A model generated the notes under the pieces. That model was not told the origin of the DNA. It saw only the letters and a program-made list of their open reading frames with translations, and ran no database searches. A program made the translations under genes and the position numbers. Of a stretch of 64,000 nt of DNA, positions 8,884 to 19,081 are shown in pieces. Origin of the DNA: Armatimonadota bacterium (GTDB taxonomy: Bacteria > Sysuimicrobiota > Sysuimicrobiia > Sysuimicrobiales > Humicultoraceae); assembly GCA_037443365.1 (NCBI GenBank), contig JBBIOM010000003.1, positions 6,942-70,941 on the forward strand, given 5' to 3'. Position 1 is the stretch's first letter; every line of letters begins with the position of its first letter.

Positions 8884-9704
8884 GCGGCCGGACCGTGATC
8901 ATAACCGGCGCTTCTAGCGGGATCGGCGCGGCCACGGCCAGGGCGTTTGCCCGCGCCGGGGACCGCGTCGTGCTGGTTGCTCGAAGGGCGGACCGCCTCG
9001 CCGCGCTAGCCGCCGAGCTCCCGGAGAGCATCGCGGTCCCATCTGACGTCACCTGCCCTGAGGCCGCGGCCCGAATCGTGGCAGCAACGCTCGAGCGCTA
9101 CGGCGCGATCGACGTGCTGGTCAACAACGCCGGGCTGGGACGGTACGACTGGCTCGAGCGCCTGCCCGAGGAGGACATCCGCGCCCAGATCGAGGTGAAC
9201 CTGCTCGCGTCGATCCTCTTGACGCGCGCGGTGCTCCCGGTCATGCAGGCGCAGGGGCGTGGGACCATCATCAACGTGGGCTCGGTGGCCGGGAAGGTCG
9301 CGACCCCCACCATGACGATCTACAATGCCAGCAAGTTCGGCCTGGAGGGGTTCAACGAGGGGCTGCGCCGCGAGGTGCAACCGCAGGGAATCCACGTCTG
9401 CATGATCACGCCCGGGCCGGTCGCCGGCACTGAGTTTAGCGCACGACGAAGAACCAACTCGCTGCGGGTGACCGTGCCCAAGTGGCTCCGCACCAACACT
9501 GAGCGAGTTGCCTCCTCGATAGTGGAGCTTGCCGACCGACCGCGCCGGCGCCGCATCCTGCCCGGGCTCTACCGCGTTGCGATCGCCCTCAATGCGCTCG
9601 CGCCGGCGATCGTGGATCGCCTGATCTCTGGCATGGCACGCCGCGCGCGAGGGAACATTCCGCCCGGACCAGGCGTAGATCAGGTAGGGAGCGGAAAGGG
9701 GTGA
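8880..9704 (+). CDS. SDR family oxidoreductase
   Basis: TGASSGIG, NNAG, YNASK; ATGA overlap with nitrilase. Confidence 0.92.
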   Translation: MSGRTVIITGASSGIGAATARAFARAGDRVVLVARRADRLAALAAELPESIAVPSDVTCPEAAARIVAATLERYGAIDVLVNNAGLGRYDWLERLPEEDIRAQIEVNLLASILLTRAVLPVMQAQGRGTIINVGSVAGKVATPTMTIYNASKFGLEGFNEGLRREVQPQGIHVCMITPGPVAGTEFSARRRTNSLRVTVPKWLRTNTERVASSIVELADRPRRRRILPGLYRVAIALNALAPAIVDRLISGMARRARGNIPPGPGVDQVGSGKG

Positions 9705-10231
9705 TTGTGATGGGAGCGCGGTATCGCATTACCGGTGTGTTGCTGGCCGCAATGCTTCTTGTGCCTGCCTGGGCTGCGCTGGCCGAGCCACAGGTGGGGC
9801 CGCCGCCCAAGCCGAAGCCCGGGCCGACGGCGAGGATGCCGGGGCCCGGCACGATTGTGCGCCAGGGAGACGCCTACTGCTTCGACCGCCCGGCGACGCT
9901 CGGCAACATCGCCGTGGCCGGCGGCCGGTGCTACACGTTCTACCTGCTGCGCAACTCCGCCGGCAGTTTCCTGGGATTTGGCCCTCCGGGCCCTCCCATG
10001 ATTCCTCCCGGGCAGATCGTTCGACTGAACACCCCGGCTGGCGCCAAGATGAACGGCCGGCTGTTCTACACCGTGCCTCTGCCCAGGCCGATCACGACCA
10101 TTCCCATAGGATCCATGCGCTTCGCCGACGTGCGCATCGTATGGGAAGGGGGAAGGTTCGTATTCCACGTCCTCGGGATCACCGAAGAGGCAAACCAGCG
10201 GGATCTCGAGATGCCCTTCATGCAGCGCTAG
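9701..10231 (+). CDS. Secreted Pro-rich hypothetical protein
   Basis: Signal peptide ending AALA-E; GTGA overlap with SDR stop; alternative ATG at 9710. Confidence 0.65.
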   Translation: MIVMGARYRITGVLLAAMLLVPAWAALAEPQVGPPPKPKPGPTARMPGPGTIVRQGDAYCFDRPATLGNIAVAGGRCYTFYLLRNSAGSFLGFGPPGPPMIPPGQIVRLNTPAGAKMNGRLFYTVPLPRPITTIPIGSMRFADVRIVWEGGRFVFHVLGITEEANQRDLEMPFMQR

Positions 10232-12201
10232 CGCAGCGTGGGGATCTCCTCGACCGCCTGCGGGTTCTCTAGAGAGGAGATGTCGCCCGGGTCCAATCCC
10301 AGGTAGCGGGCACGGATGACGCGGCGCATGATCTTGGCGTTGCGCGTCTTGGGTAGGTCGCGCACGAACCGGATATCCTCAGGGGCCAGGGCCTTGCCCA
10401 GGTGCGCCGCAGCCGCCTGCTTCAGTTCCTGGCGCAGTTCCTCGCCGGGCTCGTGTCCGGGCCGCAGCACCGCGAAGCAGACGACCACCTCGCCCTTTAT
10501 CTCGTGAGGCACCCCGATCGCCGCGGCCTCGGCCACGGCCGGGTGCGCTGTCAGCGCCGACTCCACCTCGGCCGGCCCGATGCGCTTGCCCGCGATGTTC
10601 AGGGTGTCGTCGCTACGGCCCAGTATGAACCAGAAACCGTCCTCGTCCGCGCGCACCCAGTCGCCGTGCACCCAGACCCCGGGCCACCTGGACCAGTACG
10701 TTTCGACATAGCGGTCCGGATCGCGCCAGAATCCCCGCGTCATGCCGGGCCACGGCTGGGTGAGCACCAACTCGCCCACAGCGCCGCGCACCGGGCGGCC
10801 GCGCTCGTCGTAGACATCGGCGGCCATGCCCGGGATGGGCCCGGTGAACGCCGCCGGCGCCTGCGGATGCAGCGGATCGCAGCACAGGATCCCGCCTGAG
10901 ATCTCGGTGCCGCCGGAGTAGTTCATTATCGGGCAACGCCTGCCGCCGATGTGCTCGAAGTACCACTGCCAGGACTCGGGGTTCCAGGGCTCACCGGTGC
11001 TGCCCAGGACGCGCAGGCTGCCCAGGTCGTGACGCCGCACCGGCTCAGGGCCGTGCCGCATCAGCGCGCGGATCGCCGTGGGCGAGATGCCCAGCGTGGT
11101 CACGCGGTGGCGCTCGACCATCTCCCAGAGGCGATCCGGACCCGGGTGATCGGGCGTACCATCGTAGAGGAACATCGCCGCCCCCAGCCACAGCGTGCCC
11201 AGTATCAGCCAGGGTCCCATCATCCAGCCGATGTCGGTGTACCAGAAGACGCGGTCGCCCGGGCCGACGTCGAAGCAGTACGCCATGTCCATTGCGCCCT
11301 TGAACGGGAATCCCATGTGGACGTGCACGGTGCCCTTGGGCCGGCCGGTCGTGCCCGAGGTGTAGATGATCATGTAGGGATCTTCGGGATCCATGGGCTC
11401 GGCCGCGGCCGCGTCGGGACGGTCGCGTACCAGGTCGTCCCACCAGAGGTCGCGGCCCTCGGTCCAGGGTGTCGGGATCCCCAGGCGCCGGACCACGATC
11501 ACGTTCCGGATGTTCGGCACCAGGTCGGCGGCCTGATCCGCGGTGCGCTTCATCTCGACGGTCACTCCGCGCCGCTGGAAACCGTCGGCCGTGATGAGCA
11601 GCTTAGCCCCGCAGTCGGCCAGGCGCGTGGCCACCGACGGGGCTGCGAAGCCCGAGAAGATCGGCACGTAGATCGCGCCGATGCGCGACAGCGCCAGCGT
11701 CGCGATGACCGTCTCCGGAATAAGCGGCATGAAGACCCCGGCCACGTCCCCGCGGCCGATTCCCATCGCCCGCAGCGCCGAGGCGAAGCGGCATACCTCG
11801 GCCTGCAACTCCGCGTAGGTGAGCGTGCGCGTGCCGCCGTCCTCGCCCTCCCAGATAACGGCCGTGCTGCCGCCTGCGCCGGTGTCGAGGTGACGGTCGA
11901 GGGCGTTGTCCGTGAGGTTGGTCAGGCCGCCAGCAAACCAGCGGGCCCATTCAATCCCGCGCGAGGTATCCAGCACGCGATCGTATGAACGCATCCATCG
12001 CAGCCCCAGATCGGCGGCCACCTCGCCCCAGAACCACGCGGGGTCCTCGATCGAGCGGCGGTAGAGATCGTCGTAGTCGCGCAGGCCCTGGCGCTCGATG
12101 AAACGCTGCAGGCGGCAGACCCGCGCCCAGGCAGGGTCGGGTGTCCAGACGATAGGGTTCGGGGTTCCCGGAGGGCTGTTGGCGGCGTCACGGGTGGGCA
12201 T
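10228..12201 (-). CDS. Acetate/short-chain acyl-CoA ligase (AMP-forming)
   Basis: ACS N-terminal region, [30 protein letters not shown]. Confidence 0.9.
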   Translation of the reverse strand: MPTRDAANSPPGTPNPIVWTPDPAWARVCRLQRFIERQGLRDYDDLYRRSIEDPAWFWGEVAADLGLRWMRSYDRVLDTSRGIEWARWFAGGLTNLTDNALDRHLDTGAGGSTAVIWEGEDGGTRTLTYAELQAEVCRFASALRAMGIGRGDVAGVFMPLIPETVIATLALSRIGAIYVPIFSGFAAPSVATRLADCGAKLLITADGFQRRGVTVEMKRTADQAADLVPNIRNVIVVRRLGIPTPWTEGRDLWWDDLVRDRPDAAAAEPMDPEDPYMIIYTSGTTGRPKGTVHVHMGFPFKGAMDMAYCFDVGPGDRVFWYTDIGWMMGPWLILGTLWLGAAMFLYDGTPDHPGPDRLWEMVERHRVTTLGISPTAIRALMRHGPEPVRRHDLGSLRVLGSTGEPWNPESWQWYFEHIGGRRCPIMNYSGGTEISGGILCCDPLHPQAPAAFTGPIPGMAADVYDERGRPVRGAVGELVLTQPWPGMTRGFWRDPDRYVETYWSRWPGVWVHGDWVRADEDGFWFILGRSDDTLNIAGKRIGPAEVESALTAHPAVAEAAAIGVPHEIKGEVVVCFAVLRPGHEPGEELRQELKQAAAAHLGKALAPEDIRFVRDLPKTRNAKIMRRVIRARYLGLDPGDISSLENPQAVEEIPTLR

Positions 12202-12357
12202 GGCACCGCCATTGTAGGGTTAGGATTCCGCCCCGCGCAAGATCGCCTGGCTGCGTCCCGGCGAGTCCGTCAGAGGGATACGGCCCTCCGTCGAAGAAAT
12301 CGCAATCTCGCGGCATGGCGCGCCAGGCCGCGCACCGCCCAGAGAGGAGAAGCAGGA

Positions 12358-12834
12358 TTGAAGGTTACGATCACGACCAACGGCGTCACCGCCACACATG
12401 ACGTGGAACCCAGGCTCCTGCTCGTGCACTACCTGCGCGATGTGTTGGGTCTGACCGGAACGCACATCGGGTGTGACACGACCAGCTGCGGGGCATGCAC
12501 GGTCATGCTGGACGGCCTGGCCGTGAAGTCGTGCACGGTGCTGGCCGTGCAGGCCGACGGCGGCGAGATCCTGACGGTGGAGGGCCTGGCCAGGGACGGG
12601 CGGCTCCACCCGATCCAGGAGGCCTTTTGGGAGGAGCACGCGCTGCAGTGCGGGTTCTGCACGCCGGGCATGATGATGACAGCGCTGCAGATCATCGAGC
12701 GCCATCCCGAACCCACGGACGAGGAGATCCGCCGCGGCCTGGAAGGGAACCTGTGCAGGTGCACCGGGTACCACAACATCGTGAAGGCCATCCATCGCGC
12801 GGCGCGGGAGATGGCCGCGAACCCCTCCGGATAG
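12358..12834 (+). CDS. (2Fe-2S) subunit of a xanthine/CO dehydrogenase-family enzyme (CoxS-like), orphan
   Basis: [32 protein letters not shown] start. Confidence 0.9.
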   Translation: MKVTITTNGVTATHDVEPRLLLVHYLRDVLGLTGTHIGCDTTSCGACTVMLDGLAVKSCTVLAVQADGGEILTVEGLARDGRLHPIQEAFWEEHALQCGFCTPGMMMTALQIIERHPEPTDEEIRRGLEGNLCRCTGYHNIVKAIHRAAREMAANPSG

Positions 12835-12908
12835 ATCCAGGCGAGCATCGTCAAGCAGGAGATTCGCCCGGTACGGCGAATGGCGCGGAAACACCGAGAA
12901 GTTGAAGG

Positions 12909-13586
12909 GTGATTCACCTGCCAAATCGCCGCCGGCCGGTTACCCATCCCAAGGGCGAGCGGGGAAGGCGCACCAGGCAACTGCTCCTGGACGCCGCCGA
13001 GGTGGAGTTCGGCCAGCGCGGCTACTTCGCCACGTCGGTGGCGGACATCACGCGCCGCGCACGGGTGGCGCAGGGCACCTTCTACGTCTACTTCCCGGGC
13101 AAGCGGGAGATCTTCGCCGAGCTGGTGCGCCACCTCAGCCGGACGCTGCGCCACACGATTCAAATGGCGGTGGCCGGCACCGGGGACCGCCTTGCCGTCG
13201 AACGTAAGGGTTTCGAGACCTTCCTCCGGTTCGTCGCCTCCCACCGCAACCTCTACCGCATCGTGCTGCAGGCCGAGTCCGTGAACCCGCCTGTCTACCG
13301 ATGGTACTATCGGCGCCTGGCCGAGGGGTACGTGCGGGGACTGTCCGCGGCGATGGACGCCGGCGAGATCCGGCGCACCGACCCCGAGGCCCTGTCGTAT
13401 TGCCTGATGGGAATAGGGAACTTCATCGGGATGCGCTACTCGCTGTGGAACCGGGCCGGCCTGCCGCGGCGCGCGCTGGAGAGCATGTTCGAGTTCATCG
13501 CCTCGGGCCTGGCGCCCGCGCCGGCTTCGACGAGCGCGGGACGACGGCCGGGAAGCGGCGCTCAGCGGCAGGGCGGCGGATCATGA
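12909..13586 (+). CDS. TetR/AcrR family transcriptional regulator
   Basis: HTH TSVADITRRARVAQGTFYVYFPGK. Confidence 0.9.
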   Translation: MIHLPNRRRPVTHPKGERGRRTRQLLLDAAEVEFGQRGYFATSVADITRRARVAQGTFYVYFPGKREIFAELVRHLSRTLRHTIQMAVAGTGDRLAVERKGFETFLRFVASHRNLYRIVLQAESVNPPVYRWYYRRLAEGYVRGLSAAMDAGEIRRTDPEALSYCLMGIGNFIGMRYSLWNRAGLPRRALESMFEFIASGLAPAPASTSAGRRPGSGAQRQGGGS

Positions 13587-14593
13587 TCCCGCCGGTGGGC
13601 ATCGTGGATGTGGCGGTCTACCTTCCGGCTCAGACGATGAGCGCCGAGGAGATCGCCCATCGGTCCGGAATCCCGGCCGAGGTCGTGCGGGAGAAGTTCG
13701 GCCTGAGCGGCAAGCGCATCGCCGCCCCAGACGAGCACCTCTCGCACCTGTGCATCGAGGCCGCACGCCCCCTCCTCTCGGCGATACCCGCCGAGGAGAT
13801 CGACGTCGTCATCTACTTTGGGAGCTATCACCGGGACTACTACGTCTGGCCGGTGGCCCCGCGCATCCAGCACGCCCTGGGGCTCCGGCAGGCGCACGTA
13901 TTCGAGCTGATGAACACCAGCGCTGGCGGGCCGATCACCCTGAAGGTGGCGGCGGACATGCTGCGGGCCGACGCGACGCTCCGGAATATCCTGCTCGTGG
14001 CCGGGTCCCGCGAGTCCTACCTCCTGGACTACAAGAACGCTCGCTCGCGGTTCATGTTCAACTTCGGCGACGGCGCCGCGGCCGCCCTGCTCCGGCGTGG
14101 ACATGCCGCGAACCGCATCCTGGGCGGCGCGTTCCTCACCGAGGGCGCGTTCGCAATGGACGTCATGGTGCCGGCCGGTGGTTCGGTGCACCCCCCGAGC
14201 ATCGAGACGGTCGCACGCGGCATGCACTCGTTCGACGTCCCGGATCCCGCAGGGATGAAGGCGCGCCTCGACCCGCTGACCATTGCCAACTTCCTCCGGG
14301 TCATCCGAGGCGCCTGCGAGCGCAGCGGGTGTGACCCGGGGGCGATCGGGTTCCTGGCGGTGCTGCACACCAAGCGGTCGCTCCATGACCAATTGCTGGG
14401 GGCGCTGGGCCTGCGCGAGGACCAGTCGGTCTACCTGGAGGAGACCGGGCACATCTCCGCAGCCGATCCCCTGGTAGCCCTGCACGAGGGCCGCCGGACC
14501 GGCCGGCTGAGGGACGGCATGCTGGCCGTGGCGGTGAGCGCCGGCACCGGCTACTCATGGGGCGCGGTGGCCATCCAGTGGGGTGATGGCTGA
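13583..14593 (+). CDS. KSIII/FabH-like thiolase-fold enzyme with Ser at the catalytic Cys position
   Basis: FELMNTSAG, FNFGDGAAA, LHTK, GHISAAD, SAGTGYSW; ATGA overlap with tetR. Confidence 0.85.
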   Translation: MIPPVGIVDVAVYLPAQTMSAEEIAHRSGIPAEVVREKFGLSGKRIAAPDEHLSHLCIEAARPLLSAIPAEEIDVVIYFGSYHRDYYVWPVAPRIQHALGLRQAHVFELMNTSAGGPITLKVAADMLRADATLRNILLVAGSRESYLLDYKNARSRFMFNFGDGAAAALLRRGHAANRILGGAFLTEGAFAMDVMVPAGGSVHPPSIETVARGMHSFDVPDPAGMKARLDPLTIANFLRVIRGACERSGCDPGAIGFLAVLHTKRSLHDQLLGALGLREDQSVYLEETGHISAADPLVALHEGRRTGRLRDGMLAVAVSAGTGYSWGAVAIQWGDG

Positions 14594-16155
14594 TGCAGGG
14601 GATCTGGCACTGGCTCGACCAACGCGACCTCATCACACCTCGCCGCCTGGCCGTCGTGGATGGCGATCGGCGGTTCACCTACCGCGAGCTGGCCGCGCGG
14701 GTGCGGGGGTTGAGCGCGGGGCTGCGCCGGCGCGGGATCGGCAGGAGCGACCGCGTTGCGGTCCTCGCGTTCAACCGGGTCGAGTACCTGGAAGCGTTGT
14801 TCGCGCTGGCGCGCCTGGGCGCGATCATGGTGCCCCTCAACTGGCGCCTGACCCCACCGGAACTGGCCGTACAGCTCGCCGACAGCGCGCCTTCGCTGAT
14901 GATCGCCGATGCCGAGCACCGCGATCTGGCCTTATCGGCCGCGGCGGAGTCGCGTCTTGCTCTGCCCCTGATCCTGATCGGGGACGAGTACGAGGACGCC
15001 GTGCGCACGCCGCCGGATGATGACGCCCCGGGCGCCTTCGACGATCCGCTCATCATCATGTACACCTCGGGCACCACCGGCCGGCCCAAGGGCGCGGTGC
15101 TGACCCAGGGCACGCAGCTCTGGAACAGCCTCAACATCGGCACGGCGATCGGGCTCACCTACCGCGACGTCACCCTGACGGTTCTGCCCATGTTCCACAT
15201 CGGCGGGCTGGGGCTCTACGCGCTGCCCACCCTTCACGTAGGGGGCCGCTTGGTCATCCAGCGCACATTCGATCCCGAGGAGACCTGCCGCCTGCTGCGC
15301 GACGAAGGCGTCACCGCGATGTTCGGGGTGCCGGCGATCTACCAGGCGCTGCTGCAGACGCCCTCCTTCGGCCAACGCGACCAGAGCGGCGTGCGGTTCG
15401 GCGTGGGCGGCGCACCGTGCCCGCTCCCGGTGCTCGAGGCGTTTGAGCAGCGCGGCCTGCTGCTCCAGCAGGGCTTCGGACTGACCGAGACCGCGCCCAC
15501 GGCCACGCTCCTGCCGCCTGAGGACGCGTACCGCAAGAAGGGCTCTGTGGGCCCGCCGACCCTGCACGTAGAGGCGCGCGTGGTGGACGATGCAGACCGC
15601 GACCTGCCGCCCGGAGAGATCGGCGAGATCTGCCTGCGCGGCCCCAACCTCTTCGCGGGCTACTGGGGGCTGCCCGAGGCCACGGCCGAGGTGCACTCGC
15701 CGCCTGCGCGGCCTGATGATCCGGCGGCGCAGGGGCGCGGCGCTTCAGGCGGCGACTACCGTGGGTGGTGGTTCCACACCGGTGACCTGGGCTACGCCGA
15801 CCGGGAGGGATTTCTGTACATCGCCGACCGCAAGAAGGACATGATCATCTCGGGCGGCGAGAACATATACCCCGCTGAGGTGGAGCAGGTCCTCTACCAG
15901 CATCCGGCGGTCGCGGATGTGGCCGTGATCGGCATCCCTGACGCCCGATGGGGCGAGGCCGCAATGGCGATCGTCGTGCTCAAGCCCGGTGCTGCGACCA
16001 CGCCGGAGGAGATCACCGCCGCCTGCGGGGGCCGGTTGGCCCGATACAAGATCCCCCGGCGTGTGGCGTTTGTCGAGGCGCTGCCGCGCAACGCCGCGGG
16101 CAAGGTGCTCAAGCGCGTGCTCCGCGAGACCTACGGGAAGGTCGGGGAGGGGTAG
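14593..16155 (+). CDS. Long/medium-chain acyl-CoA synthetase
   Basis: [34 protein letters not shown]. Confidence 0.92.
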   Translation: MQGIWHWLDQRDLITPRRLAVVDGDRRFTYRELAARVRGLSAGLRRRGIGRSDRVAVLAFNRVEYLEALFALARLGAIMVPLNWRLTPPELAVQLADSAPSLMIADAEHRDLALSAAAESRLALPLILIGDEYEDAVRTPPDDDAPGAFDDPLIIMYTSGTTGRPKGAVLTQGTQLWNSLNIGTAIGLTYRDVTLTVLPMFHIGGLGLYALPTLHVGGRLVIQRTFDPEETCRLLRDEGVTAMFGVPAIYQALLQTPSFGQRDQSGVRFGVGGAPCPLPVLEAFEQRGLLLQQGFGLTETAPTATLLPPEDAYRKKGSVGPPTLHVEARVVDDADRDLPPGEIGEICLRGPNLFAGYWGLPEATAEVHSPPARPDDPAAQGRGASGGDYRGWWFHTGDLGYADREGFLYIADRKKDMIISGGENIYPAEVEQVLYQHPAVADVAVIGIPDARWGEAAMAIVVLKPGAATTPEEITAACGGRLARYKIPRRVAFVEALPRNAAGKVLKRVLRETYGKVGEG

Positions 16156-16159
16156 GCCT

Positions 16160-16975
16160 ATGCCGCTCGTACCCGTTGGCGCGGTCACGCTCTTTTACGA
16201 GAGGGCAGGCGACGGGCCCACCGTCGTGCTCGTGCCCGGGCTGGGCGGCGACCACCGCCTGTGGCACTACCAGGTACCGGCGCTAACCGGACGGCTGGAC
16301 GTCATTCGCGTGGACAACCGCGGCGCCGGGCAGTCGGCGATGCCGGACGAGCCGTACACGATTGCGATGCTCGCCGACGATCTGGCCGGGCTGCTGGACG
16401 CGCTGGGGATCGCGCGCGCGCACGTGGTCGGCGCCTCGATGGGCGGGTTCATCGCCCAGGAGTTCGCGCTGCGACACCCGCACCGGCTGGGCCGGATGGT
16501 GTTGTGCTGCACCTCGCCGGGCGGACCCCGGAGTGTGCCGATTCCACAGGAAGCCGTCTCCGTGCTGGTGAATCGGACGGGCGAACCGCGGACCGACCTG
16601 TTGAGATCGTTCGAGCTCATGACAACCGAAGGCTTCCGGACGGCGCACCCCGAGATCGTCGAAGCCCACATCGCCTGGCGCCTGGCGCACCCCCAACCGC
16701 TGTTTGCCTACAACCGGCAACTAGCAGCAGCCGGCGCTCACAACGCCGCGGAGCGTCTGGGCGCGATCCGCGCGCCGACGCTCGTCTGTCACGGCACCGG
16801 CGATCGAATCGTGCCGTCAGAGAACGCGGTTCTGCTGGCCGAAGGCATTCCGCAAGCCCGCCTGCATCTCTTTGAAGGCTCGTCGCATCTCTTTTTCTGG
16901 GAGCAGGCGGCGGCGTTCAACCGGCTCGTGCTCGAGTTCCTGATTGAGGGCGACCCAGAGGGAGGTAGACGATGA
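16160..16975 (+). CDS. Alpha/beta hydrolase
   Basis: GASMGG nucleophile elbow, GTGDRIVP, SSHLFF; start moved to ATG 16160. Confidence 0.9.
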   Translation: MPLVPVGAVTLFYERAGDGPTVVLVPGLGGDHRLWHYQVPALTGRLDVIRVDNRGAGQSAMPDEPYTIAMLADDLAGLLDALGIARAHVVGASMGGFIAQEFALRHPHRLGRMVLCCTSPGGPRSVPIPQEAVSVLVNRTGEPRTDLLRSFELMTTEGFRTAHPEIVEAHIAWRLAHPQPLFAYNRQLAAAGAHNAAERLGAIRAPTLVCHGTGDRIVPSENAVLLAEGIPQARLHLFEGSSHLFFWEQAAAFNRLVLEFLIEGDPEGGRR

Positions 16976-18168
16976 ACAGGATCGCGGTCGTGCTGGTTGT
17001 GGTGGCCCTGCTGGCGATGGGAGGAACGGATGCTCTGGCGCAGCGAGAGCAGGTCCGCATAGGGATCTCGCTTCCGCTGACAGGCCCGGCCTCAGCCAGC
17101 GGCAAGGCGGCCGAGGCCGGCTACCGGCTGGCCCTGGACGAGATCAACAAGGCCGGCGGAGTGCTGGGTCGCCGGCTGCAGATACTGATCGAGGACGACG
17201 GTAACCTGCCAGCCAAGGGGGTGCCGATCTTCACCAAGTTCGTGACGGTGGACCGGGTCCACGCGATCACGGGCATCTTTGGGAGCGCGATTGGGGTCAG
17301 CATCGTGGGGCCGGCGAAGCTGCACGAGCCGCTGATCGCCATGCTGGGCGCGGCCTCGCCCCTCGTGGAGCGCGGCTTCGAGGGCTACAAGTACCTGTTC
17401 CACTATCACCCGTGGGCGTATCACAACATGGAGGCGGTTTTCAACTTCATGGAGTTCGTGCGGACCGGCACCGGCGCGTCCACCATCGCCATGCTCTACG
17501 AGGACGGCCCGTTTGGATCAGCGGGCATCGGAGACACCCGCAGTGAGTTGATCCGGCGGGGGTTCGACGTGCCGTTCATGGAGTCGTTCAAGACCGGGTC
17601 GGGCGACTTTACCGCGCTGCTGACGCGCGCGAAGCGCCATCCGGTGGACGTGCTGTTCTGGATCGGCTTCGACGCCGATGCGCTGCCGATCGCGGTGCAG
17701 TCGCGCGAGATCGGGTTCAAGCCAAGGCTGATTTTTGGGTCGCCGGCGTCGTGGCCGGTGGGCTATGAGGGTAACCCGGTGGCCCGGGACGTCGCCGGCA
17801 TGGCCGGCTGGACCTCGGCCAGCCCGCTGCCTGCGTCCAAGGAGTTCGTCAAGAAGTACCAGGCCAAGTTCGGCGGTCTGACCGAGGAGTACATGGCGCC
17901 GATGGGCTACACGATCCTCACATCCCTGGCGGCGGCGATGAACAAGGCCGGCACCACCGACAAGGACAGGGTCGCCGCGGAGCTGGCGAAGACCGACACC
18001 GACACCCCGATGGGCAGGCTCAAGTTCAAGCCCAGCCGGCTCAGCCCCAGCGTCTACCAGGGATTCGACTCCGACCTGTGGATGGTGTTCCAGTTCCGGG
18101 AGGGGCGGCGGGTGCCGGTGTGGCCCAAGCACGTGGCCGCCGGTCCGCTGGCGTGGCGCTGGCGATAG
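16972..18168 (+). CDS. HAAT (Liv-type) ABC transporter substrate-binding protein
   Basis: Signal peptide, RIGISLPLTG, EINKAGGVLGR. Confidence 0.9.
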   Translation: MNRIAVVLVVVALLAMGGTDALAQREQVRIGISLPLTGPASASGKAAEAGYRLALDEINKAGGVLGRRLQILIEDDGNLPAKGVPIFTKFVTVDRVHAITGIFGSAIGVSIVGPAKLHEPLIAMLGAASPLVERGFEGYKYLFHYHPWAYHNMEAVFNFMEFVRTGTGASTIAMLYEDGPFGSAGIGDTRSELIRRGFDVPFMESFKTGSGDFTALLTRAKRHPVDVLFWIGFDADALPIAVQSREIGFKPRLIFGSPASWPVGYEGNPVARDVAGMAGWTSASPLPASKEFVKKYQAKFGGLTEEYMAPMGYTILTSLAAAMNKAGTTDKDRVAAELAKTDTDTPMGRLKFKPSRLSPSVYQGFDSDLWMVFQFREGRRVPVWPKHVAAGPLAWRWR

Positions 18169-18182
18169 GAGCAGAGACCTCT

Positions 18183-18212
18183 GGCCGCCCGTCCGGATAT
18201 GGGCGGGCGGCC
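18183..18212 (+). promoter_or_regulatory. Intercistronic GC stem-loop after the SBP gene (probable mRNA-stabilising hairpin)
   Basis: GGCCGCCCGTCC-ggatat-GGGCGGGCGGCC, one G-U pair, no U-tract. Confidence 0.5.
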
Positions 18213-18220
18213 GGGGTTGC

Positions 18221-19081
18221 GTGATGGACCTCTTCCTGCAGACCCTGGCCAACGCGCTGATCCAGAGCGGGACCTACGCGCTGGCATCGTCCGGTCTGGC
18301 CCTGGCGGTCGGGGTGCTCCACATCGTGAACTTCGCGCATGGCGAGTTCCTGATGGTTGGCGCGTTCGTCGCCTACTGGCTGAGCGTGCTGGCTGGGATC
18401 GACCCCATCGTTTCGTTGGTGCCTGCCGGCGCCGTCATGTTCGCGGCCAGCGGCGTGATCTACCAGGCCAGCATCCGCCGCGTGCTGCTCGCCCCGGAGC
18501 TCAACGCGCTGCTGCTGACCTTCGGGATCGGCATCACGCTGCAGAACCTGGCGGTGCTGGCGTTTGGCGCCACGCCCCGCGTGGTCCACACCGCCTACCA
18601 GCTCACCGCGGTGACGGTGGGCCCGGTCTCGGTGGGCGTGGCGCCGCTGATCACGCTGGTCGTATCGGTCACGCTGCTGGCCGGCATGTACGCCGTTCTG
18701 TACCGGACCGGCGTCGGTAAGAGCATCCGGGCGGTGGCCCAGAACCGCACCGGCGCGCACCTGGTTGGACTGGACGTGGACCGGATCTACCTGCTGACCT
18801 TTGGCATCGCCTCGGCGCTGGCCGCGATCGCCGGCTCGATGGTCCTGGTGCGCATCGGCGCCAGCCCGCACATGGGGTTTGGGTTCGTCCTCAAGGCGTT
18901 CGCGATCATCGTTATGGCGGGACTGGGGAACCTGACCGGGGTGCTGTGGGCGTCGCTGGTTCTGGCGACGGCGGAGGCGTTCGTGCGCACCTACGTTCCG
19001 GGCGGCGGCGGCGCGGCCGAGGCCGTCTTCTTCCTGCTCATATTCTTCACCCTGGTGTGGCGTTCGTGGAGAACGGCATGA
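18221..19081 (+). CDS. HAAT ABC permease (LivH-like)
   Basis: VNFAHGEF, GKSIRAVAQN, GLGNL. Confidence 0.92.
   Translation: MMDLFLQTLANALIQSGTYALASSGLALAVGVLHIVNFAHGEFLMVGAFVAYWLSVLAGIDPIVSLVPAGAVMFAASGVIYQASIRRVLLAPELNALLLTFGIGITLQNLAVLAFGATPRVVHTAYQLTAVTVGPVSVGVAPLITLVVSVTLLAGMYAVLYRTGVGKSIRAVAQNRTGAHLVGLDVDRIYLLTFGIASALAAIAGSMVLVRIGASPHMGFGFVLKAFAIIVMAGLGNLTGVLWASLVLATAEAFVRTYVPGGGGAAEAVFFLLIFFTLVWRSWRTA

Noticed and set aside
12908-12918. GGTGA-T-TCACC palindrome at the tetR start as TetR operator
   Set aside because: Arms of only 5 bp; not distinguishable from chance.
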